A stretch of 13,933 bases of DNA from an uncultured Myxococcales bacterium (GTDB taxonomy: Bacteria > Myxococcota > UBA4151), in contig CAXGWI010000096.1 of assembly GCA_964013405.1 (NCBI GenBank), positions 1 to 13,933 of the forward strand, given 5' to 3'. Shown here in pieces: positions 1 through 7,300 of the stretch; the first letter of the stretch is position 1; each line of letters opens with the position of its first letter. The notes under the pieces were generated by a model. The model searched no databases. It saw nothing but the letters and a program-made list of their open reading frames with translations, and was not told the origin of the DNA. The position numbers and the translations under genes are program-made.

Positions 1-425
1 CTGACCCCCGAACCCTCGGTTCCCATGGCTGCCGACAAGGCGTTCAAAGCCGCCGACTTCTTCACCCTTGCCTGGGCTGCAGCCTTCCGCTTTGCAGCAG
101 CCTCGGGATGCTCACAGGAGAAACAGTCATCGGGACCGTTGCAGACGGTGTAGGGACTGCCTGCTTTGTGTTCCACCCCAAGCTCATCCAGCGTGGTGAA
201 ATAGTCGTACTCGGACATCCAAGACTTCTGCGCCCAGAAAATTTCCTTGAGTTGCGCTTTAGCCTTCTCCTGAGCTGCTTTACAGCGTTGCTGCTCCGCC
301 GCTGCTGAGGGCTTGGCCGGTGTCGTTACCGGCACCTCCGCCGCCGCCTCGCTCCCAGGCGCTGTGCTGGCACAGCCATTCAAAGTCAAAGCCAGTAAGC
401 CAATCGTCCAGTAGGGCCTTGCCAC
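1..425 (-). CDS. Lipoprotein with a type IV pilin-like head domain (3' end beyond the window); paralog of 8442..8966
   Basis: Not in the ORF track; translated by hand. GTG at 425-423, with GGAGG about 10 nt upstream. The frame is open to the window edge (141 codons): MARPYWTIGLLALTLNGC|ASTAPGSEAAAEVPVTTPAKPSAAAEQQRCKAAQEKAKAQLKEIFWAQKSWMSEYDYFTTLDELGVEHKAGSPYTVCNGPDDCFSCEHPEAAAKRKAAAQARVKKSAALNALSAAMGTEGSGV... Lipobox-like LNGC (Cys18), then an Ala/Pro/Thr linker. Confidence 0.85.
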   Translation of the reverse strand, partial: MARPYWTIGLLALTLNGCASTAPGSEAAAEVPVTTPAKPSAAAEQQRCKAAQEKAKAQLKEIFWAQKSWMSEYDYFTTLDELGVEHKAGSPYTVCNGPDDCFSCEHPEAAAKRKAAAQARVKKSAALNALSAAMGTEGSGV

Positions 426-458
426 GATCCTGTCCTCCAGATCCCAAGTGATGGCGGG

Positions 459-487
459 AGTCTAGGGAAGTGCTCTCTGGGGGGCAA
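459..487 (-). promoter_or_regulatory. Putative sigma70-type promoter for the <1..425 gene
   Basis: Minus strand: TTGCCC (487-482), 17-nt spacer, TAGACT (464-459), lying 33 nt upstream of the GTG start. Confidence 0.55.
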
Positions 488-568
488 GAGGTTCAAAGAA
501 GGCAACTCGTGACGTTGGCCCGCACCTTACCAGCACGAATCCCGACTCCCTCGAGAATCGGAAAAAGA

Positions 569-623
569 ACGATTAAGTCGACTTCGTCGTGACATATTCG
601 ATCAAATCGACTATATCGATCAT
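569..623. promoter_or_regulatory. Array of TCGA-cored units with 9-bp periodicity, possible operator
   Basis: ACGA 569, TCGA 578, TCGT 587, then TCGA at 598, 607 and 616 (ttcgatcaa/atcgactat/atcgatcat). Perfect palindrome AAGTCGACTT at 575-584. The patch is AT-rich and lies just upstream of the RBS of the 637 gene. Confidence 0.45.
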
Positions 624-636
624 GAAAGGGAGCGGA

Positions 637-1095
637 ATGTTCGATTTAGAAGGCCTCGTGCCCGGGGCTTGGCATGGGCTCATCCTGCAACTGCACCTTG
701 TGGCGACTTGCATCATGGTCGGTGTCATTTGGTTCGTCCAACACGTTCATTACCCCCTGAAGAGCTTTGTCCACGAGGCGCATTTCAGTGCCTACCAATC
801 TCAACATATGCGGCGTACGGCGCACATCGTCGGCATCCCAATGCTGGCAGAGACGATTCTGGCCGTCCTGCTCCTCCTCGATCCTGCCATCGCCGGACAA
901 CCGGGTCTGGCATTTCTCAATTGTGCGCTTCTTGTGGGCGTCTGGGCCTGCACCGCACTCTTTCAGGTGCCCCAACATGAAGCGCTCAGTGACGGATTCG
1001 AGACCACCGTTCATCGTCTTCTTGTACGGACCAACTGGCTACGAACCGCTCTTTGGTCTGCCCGTGCCGCCTGCGCCCTGATGTTGGTCAGGTGA
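637..1095 (+). CDS. Conserved integral membrane protein, about 4 TM helices (possibly anthrone oxygenase/DUF1772-like superfamily)
   Basis: Start moved from 589 to ATG 637 (RBS AAGGGAG at 626-632). Hydrophobic segments, with motifs IWFVQxVHYP, H..RT..IVG.PM, STA/CTA.FQVP.H and LVRTNWLRT that I recognise from a widespread uncharacterised membrane family. The family name is tentative. Confidence 0.75.
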   Translation: MFDLEGLVPGAWHGLILQLHLVATCIMVGVIWFVQHVHYPLKSFVHEAHFSAYQSQHMRRTAHIVGIPMLAETILAVLLLLDPAIAGQPGLAFLNCALLVGVWACTALFQVPQHEALSDGFETTVHRLLVRTNWLRTALWSARAACALMLVR

Positions 1096-1113
1096 GCCGA
1101 AAGGAAATCATCC

Positions 1114-1779
1114 ATGTTTGGTCTGGGTGATCGTTTCAATGTGGGCTGGAAAGCCAGGTACCAACCAGTCAGTGACCACATCGACAGTTGGCTCCCACAA
1201 GGCGGCGATGCCCGACCCGGACGCATGACTGTCTTTCCCCTCCGAGACGAAGAGTACGTGGTCGTCGCCCCCTTTTTGCCCAACCGTTCGGTGATGGATT
1301 CCCTGCGGACCGCAGGCCGTTTCGGATGGATCCTAGTCTACGACGCCTTCCATCTCAGCGCAGCCGACTACCTAGAAAAGCAATTGCCGATTTCAGCGGT
1401 CCTCGCCCCAGATGCCCTGCGAACTGCTCACCCAAAACTGAAAAGCGTCGGACGCTTCCACAATGGTTACCAACTTCAAGTCAAAACCCTCTACGGCAGC
1501 GCAGGTCAAGGAATCGCTGTCGTCCACCGAACATCGAAGCGAACCACTTTGCTACTCAGCCATGTGATCAAGCCGAGCCCCCCCGATCAATGGCAACTCA
1601 GTCGCCGCCTCACCCGAGACTCGGGCCACTGCATGGAACAGATCGGCAAACACCTCATGGATTTGGGGAGCCGGCGCCCCGAGGTCACCGTCATCTTTCA
1701 TGGTGAAAGCCTTTGGCATCTAAGCGCCGATGAATGGGTGGAACGTTGTCGCCGCTCCATTAGTGCCTACGCCCACTGA
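1114..1779 (+). CDS. Divergent DUF4336-like (metallo-beta-lactamase fold) protein
   Basis: RBS AAGGA at about 1101. RMTVFPLRDEEYVVVAP resembles the DUF4336 pattern RMTVVRL.DG.L.V.SP; other matches are GxFGWILVYDAFH (~G.V.yIvaPN.FH), VHRTSKRTTLLL (~FFHkpSrTLil.D) and IFHGE (~ipcHG). Confidence 0.6.
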   Translation: MFGLGDRFNVGWKARYQPVSDHIDSWLPQGGDARPGRMTVFPLRDEEYVVVAPFLPNRSVMDSLRTAGRFGWILVYDAFHLSAADYLEKQLPISAVLAPDALRTAHPKLKSVGRFHNGYQLQVKTLYGSAGQGIAVVHRTSKRTTLLLSHVIKPSPPDQWQLSRRLTRDSGHCMEQIGKHLMDLGSRRPEVTVIFHGESLWHLSADEWVERCRRSISAYAH

Positions 1780-1789
1780 GGAGTGGCAG

Positions 1790-2551
1790 ATGCCCATCGC
1801 GACTCCAGACCTTTGCAAACCAACACACGCCCTTGTTCTTGGTGCTCGAGGGGGCATTGGCGCCGCCATCTCGGAGGCTTTGTTGCAAGGCACGAACACC
1901 GCCAGGGTAACCGGCACCAGTCGAGACCGCACCTGGTGCCAAGAGGTGTTGGACAGCCCCCGTGAACGCCGACGTGCACTGGACCTTACAGCACCCGAAA
2001 GCATCATCACCCTGGCCGAGGAACTCCGAGCTGATGATCACCCGCCCAACTTGATCATCAATTGCACCGGGCTGCTTCATGACGACCATGTGCAACCAGA
2101 ACGGGCCCTCAAACACCTTTCGTTACCGCAAATGCAGGCGGTTTTTGACGTCAACACCTTCGGTCCTGCCCTGTTGATGCAAGCCTTGCTGCCACTCTTT
2201 GAGCGCAAAGCAGCCAGCATTTTCGCCTCGATCTCCGCACGGGTGGGCAGCATCAGCGACAACCGGCTGGGCGGTTGGTACAGCTACCGAGCCTCCAAGG
2301 CAGCGCAGAACATGATGATCCGGACCGCCGCCATCGAAGCCAAACGAACCCATCCCCAACTCATTTGTGTCGCACTCCACCCCGGCACGGTCCGAACGCC
2401 GCTCTCAGCGCCCTTTACGCAACGAAAGAAAGACGAAGAACTCTTCAGTCCCCAACAAGCCGCAGCCAATCTCCTGGGCGTCCTCGCGACACTCGAACCC
2501 GCAGACTCAGGCCTGCACTTCGCCTGGGATGGTCAGGTCATCCCCTGGTAA
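1790..2551 (+). CDS. Short-chain dehydrogenase/reductase, C-factor (CsgA)/sniffer-like classical SDR
   Basis: Start moved to ATG 1790 (GAGGAG at 1778-1783, overlapping the upstream stop). Rossmann motif LGARGGIG, NCTG, catalytic S-ARVGSISDNRLGGWYSYRASK (Y166xxxK170), HPGTVRT and C-terminal FAWDGQVIPW, typical of this subfamily. Confidence 0.92.
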   Translation: MPIATPDLCKPTHALVLGARGGIGAAISEALLQGTNTARVTGTSRDRTWCQEVLDSPRERRRALDLTAPESIITLAEELRADDHPPNLIINCTGLLHDDHVQPERALKHLSLPQMQAVFDVNTFGPALLMQALLPLFERKAASIFASISARVGSISDNRLGGWYSYRASKAAQNMMIRTAAIEAKRTHPQLICVALHPGTVRTPLSAPFTQRKKDEELFSPQQAAANLLGVLATLEPADSGLHFAWDGQVIPW

Positions 2552-2802
2552 TGGCGCCCACGCTGGCCCTTCACGGGCGTTCCAATTCGAACGGGGTCGG
2601 TGCCGACTTCGCCTCAAAGTCTAGCGCTTCTTTCATCAAGGCATACACGATGTGCGGCCGGTGCCCCTTCAACTTCGTCCAAGCCCTGAGACTGAAAGAA
2701 GGAGGCCATCGCCCCGCCCTCGTTTTCAGGCCGAACTCACCGTAGCCGGGCCCGGCGCTCTGTGGCACCCTCCAGCCGCCCCAAGGCCAAGGAGGACCGT
2801 TT

Positions 2803-5800
2803 GTGGCTCGAAACCGCCTGACGCTGCTTCTGTGCCTCAGCCTCGTGATGGCGGCTGCGGCCCCCGCAACACCGGTGACCGAGAGCGTGCAGCCCCAGGG
2901 CGAGCAGCCCAAAGACGACAAGAAGAAAGCCTGGGATGTGGAACAGCCCGAGGTGACAAGCCGGGATCAGACCATCGACGTCAAAACCGGCACGTGGATG
3001 AGCCTGGACCTCAGCCCCGATGGCAAGAAGATCGTCTTTGATCTCCTCGGTGACCTCTACGAAATCCCCATCGAAGGCGGTGAAGCCAAAGCCCTCACCA
3101 GCGGTCTGGCCTGGGATATGCAGCCCACCTACAGCCCGGACGGTCGCTGGCTGGCCTTCACCAGTGACCGAGGCGGCGGCGACAACATCTGGGTCATGCC
3201 AGCAAAAGGGGGCGAGGCCAAAGCCGTCACTAGAGAGGATTATCGGCTCCTCAACAGCCCGGCCTGGAGCCCGGACAGCGAGTACATCGTCGCCCGAAAA
3301 CACTTCACCTCAAGGCGAAGTATCGGCTCCGGCGAGATGTGGCTCTACCACCGCAGCGGCGGCAAGGGCCTGCAAATGACGAAGAAGAAGACCCAGCAAA
3401 AAGACGAGGGGGAGCCGGTCTTCTCCCCCGATGGTCGCTACCTCTACTACAGCCGGGATGTCTCCCCCGGCGCCACCTTCCGCTACGGCAAGAACTCGGC
3501 CGAAGGCATCTACGCCATCGAGCGCTTGGATCGGGAAACCGGCCGGGTGGTCCGAGTTGCCGGCGGCCCCGGGGGCGCAGCCCGCCCCACCCCATCCCCC
3601 GATGGCAAATGGTTAGCCTTCATTCGCCGGGACGAGGGCCGCAGCGGCCTGGTGGTCAAAGATCTGAGAAACGGCGCCGAACGACTGCTGATGCACCCCA
3701 TCGAGCGGGACCTGCAAGAAACCTGGGCCATCCACGGGGTCTATCCCACCTTCCGTTGGACCCGGGACGCCAAGTCCCTGATCCTGTGGTCACATGGCAC
3801 CCTGCACCGGGTGCAACTGCGGGATGGCAAACGTACAGAGATCCCCTTTCACGTCCGCAGTACCCGCCGCATGCTCAAGCCCCTGCGCCAGCCGATCGAG
3901 GTGGCTCCCAAAACCCTAGCCACCCGTATGCTCCGCTGGGTCCGCGTCGCTGCTGACGGCAAGCACGCGGTCTACCAGGCCCTCGGTCACCTCTACATCC
4001 AAGCCCTGCCGGGCGGCAAAGCCCGTCGGCTCACCCAACAAAACGACCACTGGGAGCTATACCCCTCCTTCTCAGCCGATGGGCGATTCGTCGTCTACAG
4101 CACCTGGGATGACGAGGAATTCGGCAGCATCAGAAAGGTCTCGGTCCGGGGCGGCAAAGGGCGGGTGATCAGCCGAAAACCGGGCCACTACATCACGCCC
4201 GTGCTTTCGCCCGACGGTCGCCATGTGGTCTACCGACGGGTGGGTGGCGGCTGGCTCACCAGCCCCCGGTGGACCGACGAACCAGGCCTTTTTGCCCTGC
4301 CCGTGGAGCGCAAAGGACCGGAAACCCGCATCAGCCACGGGGGAACCGACCCCCACTTCGGCCAAGCAAATGACCGGGTCTACTTCCAGGAAACCACCCA
4401 CAGCGGCGACAAGGAGAGCCGGGAGTTACGCAGCGCCCGGCTCGATGGCCACGAGCTCCGCCACCACGTGGCAAGCGCCGAGGCGATGGGCTTTCGGGTC
4501 TCGCCCAACGAACGGTGGATCGCTTGGCAAGAAGGCTACCATGTCTGGGTCAGCCCCTTCGTCCGCACCGGTCGCACCTGGCGTCTGGGCCCCAAAGAAG
4601 AAGGTTTACCCCGGCACCGAGTCTCAAAGGACTCGGGCTACAACATGGCCTGGTCCGGGGACAGCCAACGCTTGCACTGGAACCTGGGCCCAGAACTCTT
4701 CACCCAGCCGGTCGGCGAGGTCTTCGCCGAGGGCCAAGAGGGTGAGAAGGAGCAAGCGAAGCCCCAAGGCCAAAGCCTGGGCTTCAGCTTCCACCATGAC
4801 CAACCCCGGGGCGGAATCGCCCTCGTCGGCGCCCGCCTCGTCACCATGGAAGGTGATCAGGTCATCGAAGATGGCACCCTGGTGATCGAAGGCAATCGGA
4901 TAGAAGCCATCGGGCCCCGCCTGACGACCCCCGTCCCCAAAGGCTTCAAGGTGATCGAAGGCAAAGGTCTGACCGCCATCCCAGGCATCGTCGACGTCCA
5001 CGACCACGGTGCCCAGGCCGAGTCGGGCATCACGCCGGAGCGCAACTGGCAGCACGATGCCACCCTCGCCTTTGGCGTGACCACCATCCACGACCCCTCC
5101 AACCACTCCCAGAGTATCTTCGCCGTCCGAGAGCTGATCCAGGCTGGCAAGATGACCGGGCCCCGCACCTTCTCGACCGGCACCATCCTCTATGGCGCAG
5201 AAGGGGCTTTCCGCTCCCGGGTCAACAGCCTCGACGATGCCCGCCAACACCTGCGCCGGATGCAGGCCATGGGGGCATTCTCGGTCAAAAGCTACAACCA
5301 ACCCCGGCGCAACCAACGGCAGCAGGTGCTGCAAGCAGCCCGGGAGTTGGGCATGATGGTGGTCCCCGAAGGCGGCGCCCTGTTTCAGCACAATATGTCC
5401 ATGATCGCCGATGGGCACACAGGGGTGGAACATGCCATTCCCCTGGCGAATGCTTACGATGATGTCCTGCAGTTCTGGGCCCCCTCGAAGGTGGGCTACA
5501 CCCCCACCCTGAACGTGGCCTATGGCGGCTTGGGCGCGGAGTATTACTGGTACCAAGAAAGCGAGGTCTACGCCCACGAACGGCTGCGGCGCTTCGTGCC
5601 CAAGCGGGTGCTGAACGCCCGGGCCCGCCGCCCAGCCAAAGCCCCCCATCACGAGTGGAACCACATCGATGTCGCTCGCTTCGCCAAGCGCATCATCGAC
5701 GCCGGTGGAAAAGTCCAAATCGGTGGGCACGGGCAGCGGGAAGGGCTCGGTTCCCACTGGGAGATCTGGGCCCTGGTGCAAGGGGGCTTCACGAACCACG

Positions 5801-6102
5801 AGGCCCTGCGGAGCGCCACGCTCCACGGTGCTTGGTACCTGGGCCTGGATGGGGATTTGGGCTCCCTCAAGGTGGGTAAACTCGCCGATGTTGCGGTGAT
5901 CGCCGGCAACCCCTTGGCCGACATCCGCCAGTCGGAAAACCTACGCTATGTGATCGCCAATGGCCGGCTCTTTGAAGCCGCAACGATGGCGCAACTCCAC
6001 CCCGACCCGACCCCCGCGCCCAGTTATTTCTTCACCCAAGACGGCGTGAACACCGATGCCAGCGTGCGCGGCCTCGACGGCTGCCTGGGCTGTGGGCGCT
6101 GA
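2803..6102 (+). CDS. Secreted amidohydrolase-family protein with N-terminal TolB-like/PD40 beta-propeller repeats
   Basis: GTG start with AAGGAGGA at 2789-2796, and a signal peptide (LTLLLCLSLVMAAAAPA). Repeated P.[WFY]SPDG[RK] motifs over the N-terminal ~650 aa. C-terminal amidohydrolase domain with PGIVDVHDH (H733/H735), GVTTIHDP, EH, and GSLKVGKLADVAVIAGNPL. Confidence 0.93.
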   Translation: MARNRLTLLLCLSLVMAAAAPATPVTESVQPQGEQPKDDKKKAWDVEQPEVTSRDQTIDVKTGTWMSLDLSPDGKKIVFDLLGDLYEIPIEGGEAKALTSGLAWDMQPTYSPDGRWLAFTSDRGGGDNIWVMPAKGGEAKAVTREDYRLLNSPAWSPDSEYIVARKHFTSRRSIGSGEMWLYHRSGGKGLQMTKKKTQQKDEGEPVFSPDGRYLYYSRDVSPGATFRYGKNSAEGIYAIERLDRETGRVVRVAGGPGGAARPTPSPDGKWLAFIRRDEGRSGLVVKDLRNGAERLLMHPIERDLQETWAIHGVYPTFRWTRDAKSLILWSHGTLHRVQLRDGKRTEIPFHVRSTRRMLKPLRQPIEVAPKTLATRMLRWVRVAADGKHAVYQALGHLYIQALPGGKARRLTQQNDHWELYPSFSADGRFVVYSTWDDEEFGSIRKVSVRGGKGRVISRKPGHYITPVLSPDGRHVVYRRVGGGWLTSPRWTDEPGLFALPVERKGPETRISHGGTDPHFGQANDRVYFQETTHSGDKESRELRSARLDGHELRHHVASAEAMGFRVSPNERWIAWQEGYHVWVSPFVRTGRTWRLGPKEEGLPRHRVSKDSGYNMAWSGDSQRLHWNLGPELFTQPVGEVFAEGQEGEKEQAKPQGQSLGFSFHHDQPRGGIALVGARLVTMEGDQVIEDGTLVIEGNRIEAIGPRLTTPVPKGFKVIEGKGLTAIPGIVDVHDHGAQAESGITPERNWQHDATLAFGVTTIHDPSNHSQSIFAVRELIQAGKMTGPRTFSTGTILYGAEGAFRSRVNSLDDARQHLRRMQAMGAFSVKSYNQPRRNQRQQVLQAARELGMMVVPEGGALFQHNMSMIADGHTGVEHAIPLANAYDDVLQFWAPSKVGYTPTLNVAYGGLGAEYYWYQESEVYAHERLRRFVPKRVLNARARRPAKAPHHEWNHIDVARFAKRIIDAGGKVQIGGHGQREGLGSHWEIWALVQGGFTNHEALRSATLHGAWYLGLDGDLGSLKVGKLADVAVIAGNPLADIRQSENLRYVIANGRLFEAATMAQLHPDPTPAPSYFFTQDGVNTDASVRGLDGCLGCGR

Positions 6103-6249
6103 TCGCCACGGGCGCGGCTGCAACGATCTCGTCAACGGATGGCTGCGAACGCTCTGGTTGCTCACAGCCATCAAGTCCACGGGCCCCCTATACGCCGGTT
6201 CTCCTTTGGCATATTGTAGGTTTGTTCATTTCTGTTCGGAGGAACCCGC

Positions 6250-6489
6250 ATGGCTTTGCTAGGCATCTTTCTAATCGGTTTCGGATTGGTAGACGTCCTC
6301 GGAAGTTGGGGCGGCTTTGATCTTTGGCGCGGCGCGATCGGTTGGCGCAGTATGCCGGACGCACTTTGGCAGTTCTCGGGCTACGTTGAGTTGGGAATCG
6401 GCTACATGCTGCTGCAGATGGGCGGCGGCGGCGATGAAGCGGAGGAGGCTCCGGCTGAGTCTGAGGTCGGTGGCGAAGAAGAAACCTAG
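6250..6489 (+). CDS. Small membrane protein with an acidic C-terminal tail, function unknown
   Basis: Strong RBS GGAGGA at 6238-6243, two hydrophobic segments, and a Gly/Glu-rich tail (GGGGDEAEEAPAESEVGGEEET). Confidence 0.7.
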   Translation: MALLGIFLIGFGLVDVLGSWGGFDLWRGAIGWRSMPDALWQFSGYVELGIGYMLLQMGGGGDEAEEAPAESEVGGEEET

Positions 6490-6505
6490 TCGATAGGAAG
6501 TCCCG

Positions 6506-7285
6506 CTACGGTCTCATCGCCTCCGGCTGTTCTAGCGCGCTGGCTTCCCTGTCTTTCGCCTCCTTGACAAAGGCACCGACCAGGGTCCGCCAATGGGCCT
6601 TGCCAGCCTCACTCAGCTGAGTGGAGGCGGCCAAACAAGCTGTTAAGCCCTCCGTGGTGGCAGCCATGCGCTGGGCCAGTTGATCCGGCGCTGCCTTCAT
6701 CAATTCCGACAGCAAGGGCGTCATGCGCTGACGGCAGGCACTGTCCGCGGGGCGGTCGTCTTCCGTGAGTGCGGGCGCCATGGTTAAGGGATAGCGATTC
6801 CCGAACGGCTCGTTATCTAATGCACAGCCCCCTTGGATGGCGCCGCTTGCCGCCACATAACGCCAACTACAGCGGGGTTGCGCCCCCGCACCGGCGACGT
6901 GGGCGAGACGATTTTGACTGCCGGCGGCTCGGGCTTTCACCTGGCTCAAGTCCACCGGTACCCGGGGGCTGCGCCGGGAGGCACCACGGAGCTCTGCTGG
7001 CCCGATAAGGAGCAGATCCATCGGTCCCTCTTGGGCCTGAATCACCACTTGGACTCTCCCCCGAGCGAAGGCCTGACTCAACTGTCGCTGGGCCACTTGA
7101 GCTGCCGAATCCTCCAGCTCCAAGGCGATCACTACATCCAATCGCTTCTTGCCGTTTTGAACAGCAATCCGGCCCGGAATCAGTTGGGTCGGCTGCAGAC
7201 CCATGGGTCCGGCCACCGCCATGAGGAGCGGGTGCTTTGCAGCCCCAGCGAGAAGAGAGACCGGGGCTCGTAACAGGGCCGGCAT
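6506..7285 (-). CDS. Hypothetical protein; probably the C-terminal part of the 7301..8452 lipoprotein
   Basis: Same reading frame as 7301..8452, separated only by TAA 7303-7301 and five sense codons (AGPWL). No clear RBS or signal peptide; four Cys residues. Confidence 0.6.
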   Translation of the reverse strand: MPALLRAPVSLLAGAAKHPLLMAVAGPMGLQPTQLIPGRIAVQNGKKRLDVVIALELEDSAAQVAQRQLSQAFARGRVQVVIQAQEGPMDLLLIGPAELRGASRRSPRVPVDLSQVKARAAGSQNRLAHVAGAGAQPRCSWRYVAASGAIQGGCALDNEPFGNRYPLTMAPALTEDDRPADSACRQRMTPLLSELMKAAPDQLAQRMAATTEGLTACLAASTQLSEAGKAHWRTLVGAFVKEAKDREASALEQPEAMRP

Positions 7286-7300
7286 GAGCCAAGGACCTGC

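Noticed and set aside
108..125. CFSCEH (and CRPCT in the paralog) as a c-type heme site
   Set aside because: Neither is CxxCH, and the His is not conserved between paralogs. Disulfides are more plausible.
108..308. 66-aa plus-strand ORF in the track
   Set aside because: It is the antisense shadow of the minus-strand lipoprotein gene, which has an RBS, a promoter, a lipobox and a paralog.
1790..2551. Assigning the symbol csgA
   Set aside because: The subfamily is widespread outside fruiting myxobacteria, and orthology cannot be shown without a phylogeny.
2640..2760. TPP or glycine riboswitch suggested by GGTGC...CTGAGA and TTTCAGG, plus the 12-bp palindrome GCCGGGCCCGGC (2745-2756)
   Set aside because: The downstream conserved riboswitch elements are missing and the gene context does not fit. 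An all-GC palindrome is weak evidence in this genome. An Rfam cmscan would settle it.
4624..5826. 400-aa antisense ORF, and other long shadow ORFs (e.g. 12613..13476, 11636..12436, 9405..10502, 8355..8945)
   Set aside because: They overlap well-supported genes, have no recognisable motifs, and are expected from high-GC codon bias.
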